From Ginglymostoma cirratum (taxonomy: Eukaryota): 64,000 nt of DNA. Under the pieces are notes generated by a model. The model was not told the origin of the DNA. It searched no databases and saw only the letters and a program-made list of their open reading frames with translations. The stretch lies in assembly GCA_024137785.1 (NCBI GenBank), contig JAHRHZ010000024.1:25395768-25459767 (forward strand), in the 5' to 3' direction. Shown piece by piece: positions 37,601 through 48,300 of the stretch (positions within the stretch are counted from its first letter, which is position 1; each line of letters begins with the position of its first letter). The position numbers were made by a program, and so were the translations under genes.

Positions 37601-38900
37601 GAGACACAACACAACAACACCAGTTATGGGAAAATTATTTAATATCAATACCTTTTCCTTGGTTTTCATTGTTCCTCAGTTTACTTCCAATAAAGTGAAT
37701 GCTTTTCTGAGTTGGAAACATCAATTAAATTTCAGGCATTAATAAGATGGATAACAAATTTGTGCTTTCCTGAAACCCGCATTGAGCAAACATTAGGTTT
37801 ATGCAAATGTAAAGTCTCTCATTTAATAAATTCCCTCTTGCCTTTCTCATTTTAAGACCTTGTACCATTAGACTAATATTAGCAACTGCATAATTTCTTG
37901 CACTCTTTCCAGTTGTATTTGGGTAGAGAATTCACTATTGCACAGCAAGTTGTCAGTAAGTCATGTTAACTACTCTCAGTTGTTTTCTAGTGTCTAACCA
38001 AATAATTTCAATGAACTATGCACCATTTACCTCCTGACATGCAATGGCTGTTCCATCCTGTCATCTGAAGAAAGTCTGCAGTCTGGATGGGAGCTTGTTT
38101 ATGTAGGATCCTCCCTTCATCATTAGAGGATTTGGCACGTACACTGTTGCACGTGGCAGTTGCAAGCAATGGACTGTGAAGTCAGTGCACAGACTCCGCG
38201 TTCCCAGTAATTTCTGCCACCTGGACTCCATGTCTCACATTTGTATAGAACCTATGAGGTAGCTGCCCCATGTCCATTAATTGTGGAGGCTGTCTTCAAC
38301 TTCTGGCTGCACCTCAGTTACGCACTTCTGATCTTTAGTCTCCCAGAGTGGTAAGAGAGTGGGAGGATCCTGGACCTAGTTGACCTGGTCATTGATAGGT
38401 CCAGGCGGTCTGTGATGACTAATTTGGTCTAACTTGTTTCTTTTGTCTGGCTACATCCATGCCTGGCAATCCATCAGAGGGTCAGCAAGTCTCCTCTGGA
38501 ACACATGAAGCCTTCGTGAGTGGACACTTTAGGGACTGGAGTCCTTCATCACCATTGAGAATATACTTTAAATTGAATAATGAAGAGTATTTAAAATTTG
38601 AAATACACACTGGTTGGAAGCTCATAAATTCTCATTTCATTCAGATATACATTTAAGTTTCATTTTAATATGATGACTAATGTTAATGAATGTTGTGCTG
38701 GAATGCATGCTGAATTTGCAGAGGATATTTTTTTCAAATTCAGCATTGGGCTTTGGATTTATATTCTGAGAGCTGGAGTAAGGATTGGTTTTCTCAACTG
38801 TATGTTTGTTTGACTGGATTTATGCTTGAATGAAGAACGGCACATGAGAGTTTGGGATGCTTGAGGAAACTGGAGTCACCAGAGAAGGTGTGAAGTTTGC
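31690..38900 (-). other. Unclassified AT-rich island of decayed coding-like sequence (ancient transposon or endogenous virus candidate)
   Basis: Several CxxC pairs, an H-x7-H-x28-C-x2-C motif, an acidic stretch, a hydrophobic segment and an internal diverged duplication. It contains only two recognisable short insertions. Confidence 0.4.
37339..37461 (-). mobile_element. Truncated Penelope pseudo-LTR insertion
   Basis: Near-identical to 11203-11325; flanked by an aactgt duplication (37333-37338 and 37462-37467). Confidence 0.85.
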
Positions 38901-39469
38901 CAAAAGCTAATTAGCAAGCAGACTTCACCACAGTCACCAGTCCTGGGGCAGCACATAATTACTCTTGTGGCTGTTTTCCTTTTGTGCAGTGCCCTGTCTC
39001 CATTGTTTGCTCGAGGAGCATTAATCAATGAGAATTTCTTCTTCTTGCCTCAATTTACTGCAGTCCTCTTTCTCTCCAGCAGAGACTCTCTAATGTACCT
39101 AAACAGTAGACTTAACCAATCTTTTTGTGCATTGTGGAGGGGTGGAGGGCAGAGTGCAATTTTTCTCTCATCAAGGGAAGAATGAGCAAATTTCAGAAAT
39201 TTGAGGTTTGGCACAACAGAAGATGTATTCCAGAGTAATACATTGATTAATTAAATAAATTATTGAATTAAAATGGCCATCAAAAAAGTGCCAAGCAACA
39301 GAGCTAACTAATAGAATATTTCCTTGACACCTCGCTTAAGAAGCAAAACTAGAAAGAGACAGACTAAACCCCAGGTCCAGGAAAGGGAGTGGGGACTGAG
39401 ACTAAGCTAATGATTTGAGTTTAGCTGACAGTGACCTTGCATTCACCACTAGTGGCACACACACACAAG

Positions 39470-42400
39470 AGAAGGTGATGGCCTCGTGGTATTATCATTA
39501 GAACATTAATCCAGAAATTCAGCTAATGTTCTGGGGACCTGGGTTTGAATCCCACCACGACAGATGGTAGAATTTGAATTCAATATAAAATTCTGGAATT
39601 AAGAATCTACTGTTGACCATGAAACCATTGTGGATTTTTGGGAAAAAGCCCATCTGGTTCACTAATATCCTTCAAGGAAGGAAATCTGCCATCCTCATCT
39701 GATCTGGCCTTACACGCAACTCCAGATCCGCAGTAATGCAGTTGACTCTCAATTGCCCTCTGAAATGGCCTAACAGTCAATTCAGTTGTAGCAATCATTA
39801 CAAATTCTCAAAGAAATGAAACTGGACGGATCACCTGGCGCCGACCTAGGCACTGGAAAAGACAAAGCAGAAACAGCCCTGTTGACCGTGCAAAGTCCTC
39901 CTTACTAACATCTGGCAGTTAGTGCCAAAATTGGGAGAGCTGTCTCACAGACTAGTCAAGCCACAGCCTGACATAGACATACTCATGAAATCATACCTTA
40001 CAGACAATGTCCCAGACATCACCATCACCATCCCTGGATATGTCCTGTCCCACGGACAGGACAGACCTAGCACAGTGGCATACAGTCAGGAGGGAGTTGT
40101 CCTGGGAGTCCTCAACTTTGACTCCGGACCTCTTGAAGTCTCATAGCTTCAGGTTAAATATGGGCAAGGAAACCGCCTGCTGATTACCACATTCCATCCT
40201 CCGTCAGCTGATGATTCAGTACTCCTCAATGTTGAACACCACTTGGGAGGAAGTACTGAGGATGGCTTGGGCACAAAATGTACTCTGGGTGGGGGATTTC
40301 AATGTCCACCTCTAAGAGTGGCTCAATAGCACTACGACAGGTCAAGCAGGTTGGGTCCTAAAGGACATAGCTGCTAGATTGGGTCTGCAGCACATGGTGA
40401 GGGAATCAACAAGAAGGAAAGACATACTTTACCTCTTCCTTACCAATCTGCCAGCTGCAGATGCACTTGTCCATGACAGTAATGTTAAGATGAACAACAA
40501 CACAATTCTTGTGGAGACAAAGTCCTGCCTTCACATCAAAAATAACCTCCATTGAATTGTGTGGCACTATCACCATGCGAAATGGGATAGACTTCAAACA
40601 GATCTAGCAACTCAAGACTGGGCATCCATGGAGGTGTTTTTGGCCATCAAAAGAAGCAGAATTGTACTCCAGCACTATCTATAACCTCATGGCCCGGCAT
40701 ATCCCCCATTCAACCATTACTATCAAGCCGGGGGATTAACCCTAGTTCAGTGGAGAGTGCAGGAGCGCATGCCAGGAGCAGCACCAGGCATACCTGAAGA
40801 TGAGGTGTCAACCTGGTGAAGCCACCAAACAGGACTACTTGCACATCAAACAGCATAAGCAGCAAGTGATAGACACAACTAAGTGAGTCCACAACCAATG
40901 GATCAGATCTAAGCTCTGCAGTCCTGCCACATCCAGTCATGAACGGTGGTGGACAATTAAACAACTCACCGGAGGAGGAGACTCCATAAATACCCCATCA
41001 CCAATGATGGAAGAGCCCAGTGCATCAGTGTAAAAGATAAGGCTGAAACATTCGCACCCTGTGGGGAGGTGATGGCCTAGATGTATTATCGCTGGACTAT
41101 TCATCCAGAGATCCAGATAGTGTTCTGGGAATCCGGGTTGGAATGTCGCCACGGCAGATGGTGAAATTTGAATTCAATAAAATATCTGGAATTAAGAATC
41201 TAATGATGACCATGAATCCGTTGTCGATTGTCAGAAAAACCCAACTGGTTTACTAATGTCCTTTAGGGGAGGAAACTGTCATCCTTTCCTGGTCTGGCCT
41301 ACATGTGACTCCAGATCCACAACAATGTGGTTGACTCTCAACTGCCTTCTGGGCAATTAGGGATGGGCAATAAATGCTGCCTGGCCACCGATGCTTTCAT
41401 CCCATGAATGATTAAAGACAAAAAAAGCAATCTTCAGCCAGGAGTGCTGAGTGGATGATCCAGCTTGGCCTCACGCAGTGGTCCCCAGTGTCACAGATAC
41501 CAATCTTCACGCAATTTGCTTCACTCCACATGATATCAAGAAACAGTTGGAGACAGTCAATACTGCAAAGGCTACAGGCCCTGACAAGATTCTGGCAATA
41601 GTGCTAAATACTTGTGGCCCAGAACTTGCCACTCCCCTAACCAAGCAGTTCCAGTACAATTAGAACACTAGCATCTATCCGACAATGTGGAAAATTGCCC
41701 AGGTATGTCCTGTACATAAAAAACAAGACAAATCCAACCGGGCCAATTACTGCCCCATCAGTCTATTCTTGATCATCAGTAAAGTGATGGAAGGTGTCAT
41801 CAACTGTGCTATGAAGCAGCACCAGCTCAACAATAACCTTCTCAGTGATGCCCAGTTTGGGTTCCATGAGGGCCACTCAGCTCCTGACCTCATTATAGCC
41901 TTGGTTCAAACATGGATAAAAGAGCTAAATTCCAGAGGTGAGTTGAGAGTGGCAGTCCTTGACATCAAGAATGGATTCGACCGAGTGTGGCATCAAGGTG
42001 CCCTAGCAAAACTGGAAACATTGGGTATCGGGGCAAACTCCGGTGGTTAGACCTATACCTGACACATAGGAAGATGGTCGTGGTTGTTGGAGGTCAATCA
42101 TCTCAGCTCCAGGAAATCTCTGCTGGAGTTCTACAGGGTAGTGTCCAAGGTCCAAATATCTTCAGCTGCTTCATCAATGACCTTCCCTCCATCATAAGGT
42201 CAGAAGTGGGGATTTTCTCCAATGATGGCACAATGTTCAGCACCACTCACAACTCTGCAGATATTGAAGCAGTCCATGTCCAAATGCAACAAGATCTGGA
42301 CAACATCCAGGTTTAAGCTGACAAGTGGCAAGGAACATTCGCACCATATAAATGCCAGGCTATGACTATCACCAATAAGAAACAATCTAACGACTGCCCC

Positions 42401-43112
42401 TTGACATTCAAAGGCATTACCATCATGAATTTCCAACTATCAACACCCTGGGGGTTATCATTGACCAGAAAGTCAACTGGACTCGCCACTTAAAGTCAGT
42501 GGCTACAAGAGTAGGTCAGAGGCTAGGAATATTGCGACGAGTGACTCACCTCCTGATTCTCCAAAGCCTGTCCACTATCTACAAGGCACAAGCCAGGAGT
42601 GTGATAGAATACTCCCCACTTGCCTGGATGAATGCAGCCCCAACTGTACTCAAGGAGCTTGACACCATCCAGGACAAAGCATCCCATTTGATTGGCACTA
42701 CATCCATAAGCTTCCACTCCCTCCACCACCAACACTCAGCAGCAGCAGTGTATACTATCTACTAGATGAACAGCAGAAATTCACCAAAGATCCTCAGACA
42801 ACACCTTCCAAACGCACAACCACTTCCATAGAAAGGACAAGGGCAGCAGCCTTTTGAGAGCACCATCTTCAAGTTCCCCTCCAAGCAACTCACCATCCTG
42901 ACTTGGAAATATATCACTGTTGCTTCACTGTTGTTGGATCAAAATCCTGGATTTCCCTTCCTAATGGTATTGTGGATCAACCCACAGCTGGTGGACTGCA
43001 GCAGTTCAAGAAGATAGCTCACCAACGCCTTTTCAAGGGCAAATAGGGACAGGCAATAAATGCTGGCCCAGCCAGCAACTCCCACATCCAACAAATGAAA
43101 AACTAAAAACAA
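39470..43112 (+). mobile_element. CR1/L2-group LINE with a tRNA-like 5' head, a single decayed APE-RT ORF and no ORF1
   Basis: tRNA-like head at 39470-39560. APE: VPKLGELSHRLVKPQPDI, GDFNVH. RT: WKIAQVCPVHKKQDKSN, LDIKNGFDRVWHQG, GVLQGSVQGP...FINDLP. 3' tail gggacaggcaataaatgctggccc. Confidence 0.88.
41062..41427 (+). mobile_element. tRNA-derived SINE nested inside its partner LINE
   Basis: Interrupts the LINE ORF (…acattcgca | gcaatcttcagcc…). Its head matches 39470-39765 and its tail matches ~43038-43100. Confidence 0.85.
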
Positions 43113-43319
43113 CTCTAAGGTAGCCACAGTGAAATTCAGTGAATTCATTTGGAAACAGGTTGACTTTCATCCTGAGTTTTGTTTTCTTTCACTCTGCTTT
43201 CCTGATAGATATTTGGGGGTGGAAGAGAAGGGGTTTAGTGGGTATTGTCTGGCTCACTCAGTCTCAAGGTTTACGCTCTGTCCGTCTCACACCCACTCCC
43301 TCACTCCCTCTCAAACATA

Positions 43320-43560
43320 TTTACTCCTGCAAGCACTCACATAACATGCTTCACACGTACACTCAGTCCCTACCCCCCCCCCAACACACACACACACAAA
43401 CACACTCTCATATCCACACACTCTCACTCTCTCACTCCTCGGCATACACACACACACTCTCACACACGTATACTCTGTGACTCCTCATCACACAAATCCA
43501 CATCTTCTCTCTCTCTCTGTGTCTCTCAGACAAACATTCACTCTCACTCATTCCCTCACA
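43320..43560. repeat. (CA)n/(CT)n compound low-complexity tract
   Basis: Imperfect CA and CT runs. Confidence 0.85.
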
Positions 43561-43879
43561 TTCATTCCATGGTCTTGGGAGTCCCATCCTGCCATTTTAA
43601 AAGCAGTCCTTTAGGGGGTGCAAATGAGACAGTCTTGGCTTCCCCAAACTCTCTCTCCACCTCGCTCCTGGACCCACTCTCCACCCACTCCCCAGGTATG
43701 CTCCCAAGATCCACTCTCCAACTCCTCCCTGCACCCTCTCCCCAGACCCGTTGACCACACGTTCTTGAGACCCATCCTCTATCTAGTTACCAAACCAGCT
43801 CACAGCACTTGACCATGGAATTGTTCAACAAGCATCCTGTCCTTTGCAGTCTCCCCGCTCCCCAAAACCTTACAGATTT

Positions 43880-44318
43880 TCCACCAAGTGTCAAGCTCAA
43901 TGAAGCTGGGGACGTTTGCACAATTCACTGCTCTTCCAATCTCTCTCCCACTGCAACTCTCTCATAATCTCTTCGGCCTTGAAACTGCTCGACCACGTCC
44001 TGAAGCAAACCAGGTACTACAGCCACATCACCTTTACCTGTCCGTCCTCCCTGGACTGACCTATCTCCTCCCTACCCCCCCAGCTACACTCACCTTTACT
44101 GGCTCCATCCCCGCCTCTTCGACTTGTCTGCCTCCTCTCCACCTATCCTCTCCTCTATCCATCTTCTATCCGCCTCCCCCTCTCTCCCTATTTATTTCAG
44201 AACCCTCTTCCCCTCCCCCATTTCTGATGAAGGGTCTAGGCCCGAAACATCAAGCTTTCCTGCTCCTATGATGCTGCTTGGCCTGCTGTGTTCATCCAGC
44301 CCCACACCTTGTTATCTC
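43880..44318 (+). mobile_element. Penelope-like element 3' end with pseudo-LTR and hammerhead motif (44224-44251)
   Basis: 44030-44318 is the reverse complement of ~11240-11530; CTGATGAAGGGTCTAGGCCCGAAACATC (GUC decayed to AUC). Confidence 0.82.
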
Positions 44319-45145
44319 CTATTCCTCTCCTGTGTTTGCTGCTGACGGTCAGCAGTGAGCTTATCAGAGCCAAACACGGATGATAAATAGCCTCGAAGTG
44401 GACATTTCACACATAATTACTTGTGTCTGGAACACCAGTTGAGGGCTAGAAAGAACCCTTGATGGGCCGCAGTCTGGCATGTGGCATGTCACAGTCTGAA
44501 ATTTTAGACAGACCTGCTGTAGAACATGGACTGGAGGATTTCAAAAGGGCAGCTCGCCACTATCTTCTCAAGGGCCCTTCACGATAGGTAATGCTGACCC
44601 CACCAGTAATACTCAGCCACAATAACAAATATTAAAGACAAAGTCTGAGGAGTTGTTTCAGCTGTCTGTGTGTTATTTTTTACTGAAAACTAATGCAAAC
44701 AACAGTTAAATGTCGTGAACATATTCGATTCGGCATTAGAGAGAAATGACTCTGCTACAGAACTGGGAAAGAAAACAACAATATCCAATAACTATTTCAA
44801 GCTGTCTGACTGCATGTTCAGATGATTACAAATTTCCTCTTCTAAGCAAGTAACTTTAATGTATTTTGACTAAATATTACAATTCAAAAGCGACAGACTG
44901 TAGAGGCCGGAAATCTATACAATAAACAAACCATCACATTAGGTCAGGCAGCCTCAGGCTTGGTTTGTTAGTGCAGTCAGTATTGTAGGAATTGCCTCCA
45001 TGCAGGCAAATGAAAAGTATTCTATCACATTCGTGACTTATTTCCTGTAGATAGAGGACAGACTTTGCAGAATTACAAGGTGAGTTATGTATCGCTGAAT
45101 TACTAAACTCTGAGTTGCTCTAGTAGCAACAGTGTTTATTTTGGC

Positions 45146-45377
45146 TGCAAAATAACTGCAGAGAGACCAGTATCCTGTCATCAAGTCACCCTTTATTTAC
45201 ATTTGGTTCATACGTGGGCTCCAACCAGCCAGCTCAGAGCCGATCCCATGATCAGGAGACTCTCTGAATGTCCTGTTTATACCTCTCAGCCAGGGCTCCC
45301 TGATTGGGATTGTTAACTTGGGCTAATCAAGTATGTCATAGTCAATGAGATCCACGTGACCAATCACCACAGTTACT
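45146..45377 (-). mobile_element. Short solo LTR (Gypsy-like) inside an old LINE fragment
   Basis: The minus strand has tataaa, then aataaagggtgacttg, and ends ...gttattttgca; homologous to 30950-31150. Confidence 0.55.
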
Positions 45378-48300
45378 CTGGTTCAGTTTTGGGTTAATGA
45401 TAACTTCCAAGAGGTTAATAGCAAAAAAAATTAATATAATTGAACTTAAAGGAGAGATGGTCCTCTTTTCTTGAAGATGGCTATTGAATAAGAATTAAAA
45501 TTCTTTGTTTCAACTGTTTCCTTTGTTAAATAGACAGATTCACTATATTGAATTCATTTTGATGAAATTCAGGAGACAATCCTGTTCATCTTTATTTCTG
45601 GTGAGGGACTGGCAAAAGCACCAGAGAAACAATGAGGTAAAGTAACTTTCACAGTTTGGGTTACCTTCCACCAGAGGCATTTTGTTCCAGCCCTGTGTTC
45701 TCTTTTTGATCTCTATCCTTACATCTCACTGGTTAACAAGATAGGCTGTTGGTCACATTGCTCAAAGAGTTCCCAGATGAGCCATTTACATTACAGCAAT
45801 TTGTGTGGGGCAAAAGTTTCTTTGTGCTATTGGTCGAGTAGAAAATACTAAGCAATAGGACATGTGGTTCATTTGCATCCTTTGCATCATGAAATACGAT
45901 ATTTCCTGGAATCATACTTTGTATGTACTACCCAATATAACAGATACAGCATTGTTACAGTTCTACCAAGATGGTTAATGGACGTAAGCTGTAATTTATG
46001 AGATAGTACGTGTCTACCACATTTCACAAAAAAAAGTTAGGAAATAAAATTAGTGTATCTAAGTTTTCTCAACACAATTATATATAATTTCCAAGCAAAC
46101 AATAGTTAAGTGATTTATCATTAAACCACCAGTTAAAGGTAATGACGTAAATGATGCTTTCTCTTTAAATCTATTTCTTAAATGGAAAACAAGTCACAGC
46201 AAATTTGCTGAAGTCACACAGTAAAGGCATGTTTTGCAGTCCCTGTGTTGGTATGTTTAAATTGAGATTCATTCATGCTATGTGGGTATTTTTGGCAATG
46301 TTATTATTTATTTCCCATTTCTGATTGCCTTTGAGAAGATGAGGTGAGCTACCTTCTTGAACTACTGCAGCTCAAGCGGAGTAATGCCCTCTGCTACTCA
46401 GGAGGGCATTTCAGAATCTCGACCCAGCCATTTTGAAATAATGTTAATATATTCTCAAGTCAGGATGGTGTGCAGTTTGGAGACCTGGAGGTTTTCAGGT
46501 GGTCCAATCCTCATGCACTTTCTGTCTTTATTTTTCCAGCAATAAAGACGTGTGAGTTTGGAAGGTACCACCAAGCCCAAAGAAGCCTAGTTAATTTACT
46601 TCACTGTAGTCCATGAATAATTGTGTTCCTTTTCAACATAATGCTTGCACTAATATTCTTGTAGGTATGTGGATGTGTTTTTGGGAGAGGGTATAATATT
46701 GACATTTATGGCCATTGCCAGTGTCACTGCACAATTAAGCATTTGAGTTCCCAATGCATACCTGTCTAGCTTTAATGTGTACCTATAATATGTTTCAATA
46801 CTCTTTGGTGGTCTTACTTCGCACTTTCTCTGCCTTTCTTCTTAACATTACTAAACACAGGATGCACTCGAGTGTGAGTAAGAACAAGTTTTGTTTAAAT
46901 GGATGTCATTCCATCTCATTGATCACATTAGGTGTCTTTTTGCTCAGGCTTCATAAAAACAGATACTTTTGCAGCAACAAACCGTCACGGAAATTAAGTT
47001 GAGTCTTAAAATTGTTTCCATGATCTTTGCAAAACATGAAATGAATACAATTAGTAATGCATTCCAGAGACAGCAAACAGACTGCTTTTAATGAGGGGCA
47101 ATTGTAAAGGTTGAATTCGTACACTAAAATGAATAAGGCAAATCTCCCAAAAAATATTAAATCAGCTGACTTGTTAAAATTCAAATAATTGTAAACAAGA
47201 GCTTACTGAAATTATCCACATCCAAGTAACTTCTTTCTTTGCAGAAACACACCTACATAATAGTGTTGTGGCATCTGAAGCAAAATACTGTTTATATGCG
47301 ACAACTTTTATTGATATAGCACTTTTTAATGTGTGAAAACATCCCAACATCCGGCAAAACTATAACTAAATTAACACTGAGCCAACGAAGGAAGTATTCG
47401 AATGGGTAATCAAAAACTTGGTCAAAGGGATAAGTCTAAAGATAATTTTAAATCTTGAGAGAGAAATTGAGGATTTTCAGAAGAAATTCCAGGGGTTATG
47501 GTTTAGTCAGTTGGAAGAGTACATACTAATGGTAGGACAATGAAATGAGAATTACCCAGGAAGCCAGTGAATTACAGGCATGCAGAGATCCTTGTGCACT
47601 GAAGACCTTGAAGTAGTGTACAGTTATAAGAGATATGGAGGGGTCTTAACCATAAGAATGAGAATTTAAAATGCGATGACTAAATGGAGGATTTCTTCCA
47701 ATCACCTCCCACTTTTGTTTTTACAAGTTTAGAGGGATTTTCCTCTTTCATGTTAATCCACCCTTTAGTTATTCCTACGTCAGCAGCATATCAATGCAAA
47801 TGAGTGGAACGAACCTTTGACAAAATGTCAAGGAATGCAACATTTCAGCTGTAAATTTGTAGTTCTCACAATAGCAGGCACTCTGTGCTGGAGACTGGGC
47901 TTTTAGAACTTTCTCCTGTTTGAAATTGAGACGATGTCATCTTCCACAAATCCACAGTTCATCGTACCTGAATGTAGTGGCTTTCTGCTATCACATCAGG
48001 AAGACATATGGACAAGCTATGGCCATAAAGAAGAAATCTCTTATTTTGAGTCTATTGGGAGCATGTGGAGCTGTATATTGCATTGGCATTGTGAGGAATT
48101 TAATATTTCATTTGCTGAAGTTAGAACCTTTAATTAGACATTTTTCAATGAGTATCAGATCTTTAAGATTAAGATTTTTATCTTAATTTCTAATCAAAGA
48201 GGTCTCTGGAAACTTACTGATTCCAGGGCTGAAGTGTCAGAAGTTTCAGGGCTGTTATGGTGCAGTGGTAGTGTCCCTACCTCTGAATCAGTAGGCCTGG

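Noticed and set aside
43139-43754. His/Thr/Ser-rich ORFs
   Set aside because: Translations of CA/CT microsatellite and low-complexity DNA.
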